64,000 bases of DNA, taken from an uncultured candidate division Zixibacteria bacterium (GTDB lineage Bacteria > Zixibacteria > MSB-5A5 > GN15 > PGXB01). The translations under genes and the position numbers were made by a program. The notes under the pieces are model-generated. The model was not told where the DNA came from and did no database searches. It worked only from the letters and a program-made list of their open reading frames with translations. The stretch covers positions 3,584,001-3,648,000 of the forward strand of contig OY969724.1 in the NCBI GenBank assembly GCA_963702205.1. The letters are read 5' to 3'. Positions within the stretch are counted from its first letter, which is position 1. Each line of letters starts with the position of its first letter. Below are positions 1-7,737 of the stretch, in pieces.

Positions 1-532
1 ACTCCGGGACGTTGAGGGAATGATTTTGCTCGGTGACCAGCAGGTGCGGAATATCGGCACCCTCACCGATCGGCCGCAGAGACAGGCGATCGGTGGCCGA
101 TGTGTCGATATGAAACGGCGTGTACCGATTATTGGCGACGGTCGTGGTATTGGCGATGATCCGCGAAAGCTCCGGCCGCATGGCCATCCCCTTTTTAATC
201 TCACGCAAAATGAATTCCGGCATAAGCGACGACGCCTTTTGATAGAACTGCTCGACCGTCGACGGATTCTTGCCGCCAAGCTTGACACCCGCGAGGGCCA
301 ACTGGCGCTCGAATGCATCCAGCGGCGATCCGTCCGGGGTCGGGTCGTACTCATCGGTCTCCAGAAGCTCGGTCAGGCTGAAACCCTGACCGTCGGCCTC
401 CAGGTACGTCTCCCGGTCGATCTTCAACTCGGCGGCCCGGCTTAAATCGACCGCTCCATCCATAAGCTGGTCCGTCGCCGCGGAGTCATCCTTCAAAACG
501 GCCGGTGAATTCAGAAAAGTATTAAAATCCAT
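1..532 (-). CDS. Phage-like major capsid protein (HK97-fold predicted), 3' part beyond window edge
   Basis: Not in ORF track. Hand translation from ATG at 532 (RBS GGAG just after the stop of 543..965) is open to the window edge: MDFNTFLNSPAVLKDD...LKIDRETYLEADGQGFSLTELLETDEYDP...LDAFERQLALAGVKLGGKNPSTVEQFYQKASSLMPEFILREIKKGM...LRPIGEGADIP. Capsid-like (LMPEFI.REI, IGEGADIP) and in the capsid position after portal, protease and decoration genes. Confidence 0.8.
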   Translation of the reverse strand, partial: MDFNTFLNSPAVLKDDSAATDQLMDGAVDLSRAAELKIDRETYLEADGQGFSLTELLETDEYDPTPDGSPLDAFERQLALAGVKLGGKNPSTVEQFYQKASSLMPEFILREIKKGMAMRPELSRIIANTTTVANNRYTPFHIDTSATDRLSLRPIGEGADIPHLLVTEQNHSLNVPE

Positions 533-542
533 GACTGGCTCC

Positions 543-965
543 TTAATTCAAAAGTATGGTGCAATCGGTGGTTTCGTTGACTTCCAGGACCGTGCCCCGG
601 GAGATGTTGCCTCCGGCCGGATCATAGCCGGTCAACACGGGAGCCTGCTTAACCGTCCCCCCGGCCCCGCCGATAACCCGGTTGCCGACGACTGGATAGC
701 TGGCCGATATGGGCAGTCGGCATACAACGCCGATTTGTACTGTCGCTATCCGTTCGCCGTCGTCGGCGTCGGCCAGGGTCAGGGCAATCAGTTTTCCCAG
801 CAGGATCGAGTTATTGGCACAGGGGCCGATTTCATAACTGTCCGTCAGGCAGACGGCACAGCCGATGTCATCGTCTTTGAGATCGTCGACCCCGGTGGTC
901 AGGTGAATTTTGAATGTCGCCAGGACGGGTGCAATCGTCTCAAGGTTATGCTCTCGAATTGTCAT
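543..965 (-). CDS. Putative head decoration/cement protein (DUF2190-like)
   Basis: 140 aa, Gly/Val-rich beta-type sequence (IGCAVCL, ATVQIGVV, GNRVIGGAGGTVK), RBS GGAGGA, directly upstream of the capsid gene. Confidence 0.55.
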   Translation of the reverse strand: MTIREHNLETIAPVLATFKIHLTTGVDDLKDDDIGCAVCLTDSYEIGPCANNSILLGKLIALTLADADDGERIATVQIGVVCRLPISASYPVVGNRVIGGAGGTVKQAPVLTGYDPAGGNISRGTVLEVNETTDCTILLN

Positions 966-1038
966 ATTATTCCTCCGTTATTATGTTAAAGCCGATCGGG
1001 CATACTGCCCGCATGACCGGAGGGGAATTTCCCCGCGA

Positions 1039-1456
1039 TTAAAGTTTATGATCCATCCAGCCGTTCTTGCGGGATACCGAACCCGGCATACCCATCGCAT
1101 ATTTAAAACTGGCCGGGAAACTGTCGCGAAACCGCGCTGAGATTCTTTTATACAAAGCAATTAGATCAGGTACTGTCGATAGTGCATGCGTCGTTGCCCA
1201 GCGCGGCCGCCAATTCGGTGTCGCTTTCTTTGGACCGGCTTACCATGACCGCCTTGAGCATGCCGACAATGCGCCTTCGGTAATCCTCTTTGAGGACGTT
1301 CAGCTCTTCCGTTACAGTATTGCGTTCATTGAGCGTCTGTTGTATCTGCCCCAGGACTTCGGTAGCCCGGTCGAAATCGATCAATTCAACCGCTTCGCCT
1401 TTTATGTTTTCCAGCAGTTGCGCGATTTCATTTTTGAGCGATGCCTTGGCGTTCAC
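1039..1456 (-). CDS. Putative scaffold-like coiled-coil protein, apparent +1 frameshift near 1168
   Basis: The 96-aa helical ORF 1166..1456 continues in the adjacent frame as DLIALYKRISARFRDSFPASFKYAMG...WMDHKL* ending at 1039. It lies between the protease and capsid genes. Confidence 0.5.
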
Positions 1457-1761
1457 TTCTTATCTCCCTTATTTTCGATTAAATGCGATTCTATCCGGGC
1501 CAGGCGACTTTCGACATTGGTCTGGAATTTGAAAAAGTCGTCTTTGCCGATAAGACCTTCCCGAATCAAAATTTCCATCTGAGCCAACCTCTGGTCGATG
1601 GCATTGACCAGCACCGTTTCCGCCTTCGCGGCCAGTTCGGCCTTGATGCTGCCGATAGTCGTGAAATACGCCGCCGAAAGCCCCAGCAGCATGACCATGA
1701 AATTCAACAGGTGACGGTTCAAAAATGAAGACCAATTGATCTTGGGCGATACATCACTCAT
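1453..1761 (-). CDS. Small membrane protein (one TM helix plus coiled coil), possibly holin-like
   Basis: MSDVSPKINW...HLLNFMVMLLGLSAAYFTTIG... with RBS GGAGG. Its start overlaps the upstream stop and its stop overlaps the downstream start (coupled translation). Confidence 0.6.
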   Translation of the reverse strand: MSDVSPKINWSSFLNRHLLNFMVMLLGLSAAYFTTIGSIKAELAAKAETVLVNAIDQRLAQMEILIREGLIGKDDFFKFQTNVESRLARIESHLIENKGDKK

Positions 1762-3544
1762 GTTTTGCCTCCCGACTGAATATGAAACAAGCCTGTCCAT
1801 TGATTTTGGCGGGACGAAGATAAAACGCACCCTTGAGCGAACCATCCAGATGCATATTAATACATTCGTTTTTATTTGAAACCTCGAGCACGCGGCCGTT
1901 TCCGAGCGGGTTCGTTTTGGCTTCTGGTCTGACGGGTTCAGGTGCGGCCAGGAATCTCCGGCCCGAATTCAGTTTATCGAACGAGAAGTTGCGCAACTGG
2001 AAGGCTTGGACATCATCGCCAATTTGGAATTGAAGGATTACGTCGGCGCCTCTCTTATACACCGAATATTCTCGAGTATTCTGTTTGATACCGAGTGAAG
2101 ATACCACTAAAGACAGATCATCACAAATATCATAGAATTCCGAACAATCGACCGGTTTGGGATGCATCGTCGCCAGCTGGCCGTCAATCTCATGCACTCC
2201 GTTGACTTCCAGAATGACCGTACTACCGGAAGCATATTCCGGCCACGGCTTAACTTCGGCTGTAACTTGTCGACTTTTTCCATCTATAGTACAATCAAGC
2301 GAACATGGCCGATTATTTCCCCCGAGAACTGTACTCCCCCGGCCCGCGATAATCTTGCGATGTGTCAATAAAAATCGATGGTGGCCGTCGACGACCAATA
2401 TTTCGCAGCCGAAGCGGGTGGAGACTTCTGCAATCGCGGCCGCCAGCTTCGTCCCCTGACAAACAACCGTTTTGGGCAAAAGTCCGTCGTATTTGTCAAA
2501 CAGTTCGGTCAGGATGGCGCGGCGTTCTCGCCCGGTGGCAAACTCGAAGCTGATATCATCCAACAATAAAATGTCGTACAGCTTGAGCTCGACACGAGTT
2601 ACCGTTGATTTTTCGTCACGTAGATATTTAGAAACTTCCGACAGAGGCTGTCTTTCCTTGCCGCGATAGCCGATCAAGCGCCCGTCGAGGACGTACTCTC
2701 CTTCCGGCCAGGTTAATTGTTCCAGATATTGTCCGAGTCCGGCGGATTCGATTTCCCGACCGGAATATTTCCGAACCGTTGCCTGACAATCGTTAACTTC
2801 AACCAAAACCGGTATCGATTCATAGGCCGGATATACAAGATATTCCTTTTGAGAGTCGAGTTTTTCGTGGTCCCAGATTATATGGCGCGCAGGTCCCGCG
2901 ACCGCCGAGGGCTGCTTTTCCTCATGCACATCAAAAGCCAGCGCTTTTTCAATAGAAGTATTCTCCACCGATCCGCGATAAACCAGCGACGTTTCCAGCA
3001 CTCTTTCTATTTTGCGATAATTGAAAGCCGCTTTTGTCGGCCCGGTCGGTGTCTTGTACTTCACGAACGGCTGATGCGGGCAGTTGCGGATATCGCGTCC
3101 GCAGATAGTACATTCCGGCAACGAGAAAATGAAGCTGATGGAACCTTCTTTATATATGCCCGCGTCGATATTCTTGCGGAGATTTTCACCACCCTCGGCC
3201 GTTTTTAGCCAGTAGAAATAGACTTTTATCCAGTTGGCCCCATCACGTACTACTTTCTCGGCGTGAAAATTCCGTGCGATCGGCAGACTGTCCTTGCGGT
3301 GCCCGACCAATACCGGGGAATCGACCAAAAGGCCCGTCAGATGGTCATGATCCTCGGCGGGAAATCGTCCCCCGTAACTGTTGACCCGGTCCGAGACGAT
3401 ATACATAGCCCGGATATAGACAGCCGATGCCTCTATCGGCTCGGGTGGCTTAATATTGGCGTTAAGGATTTCTATCAAATCGCTTCGGCCGCTCTGCTCT
3501 TCACGGGCCAGTGAGGCCGTCATCTTTCCGATTAGTTCTTTCAT
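1754..3544 (-). CDS. Prohead protease-like domain fused to degenerate ATP-dependent DNA ligase, OB and LigD phosphoesterase-like domains
   Basis: Likely start MKELIGK at 3544 (RBS GGAGGTG). N-terminus: VLVGH, IDAGIYKEGSISF, CTICG..CPH, ETSLV. Middle: YVLDGRL, LKLYDILLLD, ERRAILTELF (ligase-like). C-terminus: MHLDGSLKGAFYLR. Confidence 0.7.
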   Translation of the reverse strand: MKELIGKMTASLAREEQSGRSDLIEILNANIKPPEPIEASAVYIRAMYIVSDRVNSYGGRFPAEDHDHLTGLLVDSPVLVGHRKDSLPIARNFHAEKVVRDGANWIKVYFYWLKTAEGGENLRKNIDAGIYKEGSISFIFSLPECTICGRDIRNCPHQPFVKYKTPTGPTKAAFNYRKIERVLETSLVYRGSVENTSIEKALAFDVHEEKQPSAVAGPARHIIWDHEKLDSQKEYLVYPAYESIPVLVEVNDCQATVRKYSGREIESAGLGQYLEQLTWPEGEYVLDGRLIGYRGKERQPLSEVSKYLRDEKSTVTRVELKLYDILLLDDISFEFATGRERRAILTELFDKYDGLLPKTVVCQGTKLAAAIAEVSTRFGCEILVVDGHHRFLLTHRKIIAGRGSTVLGGNNRPCSLDCTIDGKSRQVTAEVKPWPEYASGSTVILEVNGVHEIDGQLATMHPKPVDCSEFYDICDDLSLVVSSLGIKQNTREYSVYKRGADVILQFQIGDDVQAFQLRNFSFDKLNSGRRFLAAPEPVRPEAKTNPLGNGRVLEVSNKNECINMHLDGSLKGAFYLRPAKINGQACFIFSREAKHE

Positions 3545-3726
3545 ATCACCTCCATTACTAAAGGTGATTGTCAGATTTGCCATCGAATCGGTATCGTTTT
3601 GCCAATACAAATCTATGCAGAAAATTTCATCAGAAAAATCCGAATCGGGATTTATAACATATTTACACACATGGTATTATACTGCACGACAACGACTTAC
3701 AACATGGCGACTGGCCATCCCGAATC

Positions 3727-3742
3727 GGGCATATGCCTTGCA
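3727..3742 (+). promoter_or_regulatory. sigma54-type promoter (-24/-12) for the micro-ORF 3782..3898
   Basis: GGGCATATGCCTTGCA = GG-N10-GC with TTGCA at -12. IHF-like ACAACGACTTA about 40 bp upstream. Confidence 0.55.
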
Positions 3743-3781
3743 GTATAGATTACCGGATTATAACTTTGACAGGAAACTAAT

Positions 3782-3898
3782 ATGATAGTTTATCGAGCCA
3801 AAAAAAGATCGAATTTATTCAAACTGATTATCGGGCTGGTTGCGTTCGTTGCGGCAATGTGCCTGACTTTCGGCCAGTCCGTCAGCGGCGCCTTCTAA
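3782..3898 (+). CDS. 38-aa micro-protein (basic N-terminus plus hydrophobic helix)
   Basis: MIVYRAKKRSNLFKLIIGLVAFVAAMCLTFGQSVSGAF*, RBS AGGA, preceded by a sigma54 motif. Its stop overlaps the convergent terminase stop. Confidence 0.55.
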   Translation: MIVYRAKKRSNLFKLIIGLVAFVAAMCLTFGQSVSGAF

Positions 3899-5220
3899 AT
3901 AGCCCCGACTCTCGGAGCAATGGCCGGACTGCACGATTTCCGCAACGGCCACACGGCCAGCGCCAGTGCCATTAGACCGTCGCATGTATTATTTTCATCC
4001 CATCGCGCCGAACGAAGGTCATCTTCAAGCGACCAAACCCGCCCGTTATTATCTGCGATTTCCCAGCGTTCATATTTAATCCGTTCCATGCCATGAATCA
4101 TTTCCACGTTGGTTAATAACTCCGCTTTGGATTTGGGCGAGAAAATAAACGCCGTCGGATTCAAATCACCGAGCTGCGACACTACCACGTCGCCCAGACC
4201 GGTCGCGTCGATTATCAACCTCCCCGGGAATTTTGCTTGTTGGTGGCGGATTTTCTGCAATATAATATTCCAGTCCCACTGTCTGATTCGCTGCACCATA
4301 ACTACCCGCGCCTTATTGTTTTCGATTTGCACCGTCACACCGACCGTAGCCGTCTTTTTCCGTGCCAGGTCCCAGCCGGTGATGTAATGCTTATGTCCCT
4401 CAGGGCAACCCGGAGGACATACCGCATCCGGCGTCAGGGCAATATCAATATATCGGCCGGGGATTACTTCCCCGCCGCCGTCGACGAATTGCCCCATAAT
4501 ATTCTGGGCTACGCGCTTGTCGCTTAAATATTCAATCTGTGCTTCCAGATACTCCTTCGATATATGGCAATTCTCCCGGGAATCGCCGGAGTGCACATAG
4601 GCGTCTTTACCCCGTTTCGACAACTCCTGCATTTTGCGATAAAACCAGTTGCGTCCGTTCGGCGTTGACACCAGGTCCAGCTTGCCCCGGCGGTCGGCCA
4701 GGCGCATTTTGATGACTTCATTGACGACATACTCGGCTTCGGGATCGAAGGCAACTTCATCGTAAATGAAATAATCATAATCATTGCCGAGCAAATATTC
4801 GCCGCGGCGCTGAGTCGAGCGGGCGTCGATAACCGCGCCGTTGCCAAGCACCAAACGCGGGTACGGCGTCACGGTATACTTCTTGATCAGCCCCTCAATG
4901 CAACAGGTGCTGTTTAAAATACGTACGACCGTATTGAAAATTATTTTAGCCTGATCAAGCGTTATGCAGGCCGTAACGATATGATATTTCCCGCAGCCGT
5001 CATAGCGAAGGTCGCGAATCCTGAAAACCGCGTGGTGAATGATCTTGATCGCCTGTGCGAATGACTTGCCCCAGCGATTACCCGTCACCAGAAGGTTTTC
5101 CGAAGTACAACTGCCGTTAAGCCATTTTTCCTGACCAGGATGCGGCTCAATACGCAGGAATTTACGTGCAAAAAAAGGGATATCCTTAACCGCCCGACTC
5201 CAGTCCGCCTTGTCCAGCAA
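3895..5220 (-). CDS. Phage terminase large subunit
   Basis: Walker A GNRWGKS, Walker B YFIYDE, coupling motif STPNG, RNase H-fold nuclease motifs GWDLA, IIDATGLG and DGLMALALA. Confidence 0.9.
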   Translation of the reverse strand: MLDKADWSRAVKDIPFFARKFLRIEPHPGQEKWLNGSCTSENLLVTGNRWGKSFAQAIKIIHHAVFRIRDLRYDGCGKYHIVTACITLDQAKIIFNTVVRILNSTCCIEGLIKKYTVTPYPRLVLGNGAVIDARSTQRRGEYLLGNDYDYFIYDEVAFDPEAEYVVNEVIKMRLADRRGKLDLVSTPNGRNWFYRKMQELSKRGKDAYVHSGDSRENCHISKEYLEAQIEYLSDKRVAQNIMGQFVDGGGEVIPGRYIDIALTPDAVCPPGCPEGHKHYITGWDLARKKTATVGVTVQIENNKARVVMVQRIRQWDWNIILQKIRHQQAKFPGRLIIDATGLGDVVVSQLGDLNPTAFIFSPKSKAELLTNVEMIHGMERIKYERWEIADNNGRVWSLEDDLRSARWDENNTCDGLMALALAVWPLRKSCSPAIAPRVGAI

Positions 5221-5225
5221 ATTTT

Positions 5226-6527
5226 CTATATCAGCTCTCCGGCGCGTCGAATGGCTTCGTTTTTGGAAATCAAACCCTGCGAATGCAGTTTGATCAGGTT
5301 ATCGACGTCGCTCTGGCGTATCTGCGCCTGTTCCGAAGCCAGATAGCTCAGGCTGTTTTCGAACACAAAGCGGCACCGACAATCGTAGCCTTTCAGAGCC
5401 AGTTCGACATCGCCGATCCACTCCAGAAAACGAGCCGCCTGCCGCTGCACCGAATGCACCTGCCTCATGACAAGATCATACTTGAACTCGGCCCACTTAT
5501 GCGCCGCACCGTAGCTGTACCCCAGAAGAAACGGCGACAGATTCGTTCCTGAACAGATCTCTTCGATCATGGCCCGGTGGTTAATCGACCCGGCATTGGT
5601 CGCCGTGCGAATATTCTGTGGTCCGACATATTCGATCAAAACATTATCCCATGTGACCGGGTTGTCGTCCGGGTCGCACTTCTTTATCATCGAAACCGTC
5701 TGATCGAAATACTCGTTGATCCGCTCTATATAGGCCTGATCCGATTCACCGGAGCTTTTTTCGGGCGGCGTGATCTTGACATGGAGACGGTGGTACCCGG
5801 AATTGTGCATCGTCCGGCGCATGTCATCGGTCAACTGCTGCTCGATATACGCCACGAACGGCACCGAGCGCATGATCGATTTCCCCAGCCCGTGATTGAG
5901 ATCGGCATTTAGTCCTATATAGTAAAAATCGTTGCCCTGCGGCCGAATTTCACCTTTCTCCGTGCTGATGGTAATCGTCGATTGTCCGGCTTTCGTCCGC
6001 GCCAGGCCGATGTCTCGCGGATCGACAGGAATAAAACGTTCCACTCCGCTCGCATCGGGACGGACAATCAGGAAACCGGCGAAAGCGCCGTCGGTGAACA
6101 GGCTGCTGAACAGCAATGGCAAAAATGAATCCAGCGCTCCGGCCCGGTCGAATTCAAACGGATAAATCCGGTCATACAGAGATTCCAAAATACCGATTGC
6201 TTCATTCTCTCTTGATTTCGAGACTTCCCCGGTTATTTCAAACCTTCCCGGCGCCGAAGCCAACCGGCTCCAGGTCCAGATGCAGGCGCTCAAAACAGGA
6301 ATATTGTCACGGAAAAATCGGTAAAGATCGATTCGAAAGCGGTTGTGCCAGTTTTCCTCGGCGCGCCATACGAGGGAGTTTCCGGAAGGCCGGAAAAGCG
6401 GCCGGTCAGCGACGGATGATCGGCTCGACAGTGATTTCACAAAATCGACTGTTTTCAATTGACTTTTCGAATGTTGGTCCTGTTGTAACATTGCAGCTCC
6501 TTTTTTAAAGAGGCGCTGCCACTCCAA
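5226..6527 (-). CDS. Phage portal protein
   Basis: 433 aa. LYRFFRDNIPVLSACI, GLGKSIMRSV, IEEICSGTNLSPFLLG and a C-terminal GLISKNEA (portal-like). Adjacent to the terminase. Confidence 0.8.
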   Translation of the reverse strand: MEWQRLFKKGAAMLQQDQHSKSQLKTVDFVKSLSSRSSVADRPLFRPSGNSLVWRAEENWHNRFRIDLYRFFRDNIPVLSACIWTWSRLASAPGRFEITGEVSKSRENEAIGILESLYDRIYPFEFDRAGALDSFLPLLFSSLFTDGAFAGFLIVRPDASGVERFIPVDPRDIGLARTKAGQSTITISTEKGEIRPQGNDFYYIGLNADLNHGLGKSIMRSVPFVAYIEQQLTDDMRRTMHNSGYHRLHVKITPPEKSSGESDQAYIERINEYFDQTVSMIKKCDPDDNPVTWDNVLIEYVGPQNIRTATNAGSINHRAMIEEICSGTNLSPFLLGYSYGAAHKWAEFKYDLVMRQVHSVQRQAARFLEWIGDVELALKGYDCRCRFVFENSLSYLASEQAQIRQSDVDNLIKLHSQGLISKNEAIRRAGELI

Positions 6528-6732
6528 TCAACCTCAATCCGATAGTCATTTTGACGAATAAGCAGAATGCATACTTAACTGTCTGGAACCTATAAACTTA
6601 AATAGGAATAGGCTTCATTAAATATGCATTATTTTGCGCAGATTCTTACCATAACCGTAAATTCAGCCTTTGCTGTGCCATTTATACGACTACGGTACAA
6701 CAACTTACGCTTAGCAAACTAACCTCTTCGGG

Positions 6733-6748
6733 CGGCATACAAGTTGCT
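6733..6748 (+). promoter_or_regulatory. sigma54-type promoter of the PEP-CTERM gene
   Basis: CGGCATACAAGTTGCT = GG-N10-GC. IHF-like ACAACAACTTA at about 6697-6707. PEP-CTERM genes are known to carry sigma54 promoters. Confidence 0.7.
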
Positions 6749-6794
6749 TATTATCTGAACAAATAACTATAACTATTTTTTTTGCGGGTGTCTT

Positions 6795-7553
6795 ATGAAA
6801 CGAGTTTTAATTATGATGGCGATTGTCAGTCTTATGGCCTCTTCGAGTTTTGGCTTTGCCTGGCAAATGTACGATTTCGGATCACAGATTTTCGATCACA
6901 ATAACAACACCGCTCCGATTTATTACCCCTACGGTGTCGGCTCTTTGCCGTCGCCCGGTTTGATCGGTGAAGGCGGCGAAAAATTTGACCTTGAAGGATT
7001 CCACTTTGCGATGGAAGGCAACACCGCTCATGTTGCGATAGTCAATTCCTTCGGCATGTCGGCTTATTCGACCGGCTGGCACCAGTCTTATGACCTCGGC
7101 GATCTCTTCTTCGGCTTCGACGGTTCCAGCACCCAATACGCCATAGACATGCAAACCATGCGGCTTTACGAAGTCAATTCTTTCACCGGGATACCGAACC
7201 TTCCCGGCAGCTATTATAATTATCCGACCATCCGAAACGCCGTCGGCGCCTGGGATATGACCGGCGGCACCGAACTTGGTATGGTCAACCATCAGATGTC
7301 GTTCTGGGAAGATTTGGAATCCGATTATTTGATGCCCGGTAACGGCGACACCTACGTTCTCGAATTTTCATTCGATATGGGCCTCGTGGCCGGAGCGACG
7401 GGAGCTTCCAGCATCTCGTTCCACAACGCTGTCGGCTGCGGTAACGATTTCATGAACGAATCCTATAATTTCGTCCCGGAACCGACTTCCCTGCTGCTCC
7501 TGGGATTGGGATTGGCCGGTCTGGGGATATACCGCAAACGCCTTATTTCGTAA
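6795..7553 (+). CDS. PEP-CTERM sorting domain protein
   Basis: Signal peptide and C-terminal VPEPTSLLLLGLGLAGLGIYRKR. Confidence 0.93.
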   Translation: MKRVLIMMAIVSLMASSSFGFAWQMYDFGSQIFDHNNNTAPIYYPYGVGSLPSPGLIGEGGEKFDLEGFHFAMEGNTAHVAIVNSFGMSAYSTGWHQSYDLGDLFFGFDGSSTQYAIDMQTMRLYEVNSFTGIPNLPGSYYNYPTIRNAVGAWDMTGGTELGMVNHQMSFWEDLESDYLMPGNGDTYVLEFSFDMGLVAGATGASSISFHNAVGCGNDFMNESYNFVPEPTSLLLLGLGLAGLGIYRKRLIS

Positions 7554-7582
7554 CTTCATTTAATGCTCGTTTCATAAATTTT

Positions 7583-7611
7583 AAAAGCCCCGTTTTGACG
7601 GGGCTTTTTTA
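7583..7611 (+). terminator. Intrinsic terminator
   Basis: AAAAGCCCCGT-TTTG-ACGGGGCTTTT hairpin followed by a T run. Confidence 0.85.
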
Positions 7612-7737
7612 TTGGCTATTACTTGACACCGATATGCTTTTTTTACATCTTAAGCAAGTTTGCGAAATTCGCCGATAACTTATATGGTATAAACGGTTAA
7701 GGCCTATTTGGTACCATATAGTAAACAGGGATATTTT

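Noticed and set aside
20..989. Plus-strand ORFs 20..445 and 531..989
   Set aside because: Antisense shadows of the capsid and decoration genes, which have RBSs and operon context.
1754..2900. Calling the fusion an active NHEJ LigD
   Set aside because: The motif I lysine and motif III glutamate are missing, and there is no Ku or polymerase domain nearby.
3545..3670. 42-aa N-terminal extension of the 638-aa ORF
   Set aside because: A strong RBS (GGAGGTG) precedes ATG 3544. The extension is AT-rich and looks intergenic.
1..6527. Encapsulin nanocompartment interpretation
   Set aside because: An intact portal and terminase imply DNA packaging, and encapsulin operons lack them.
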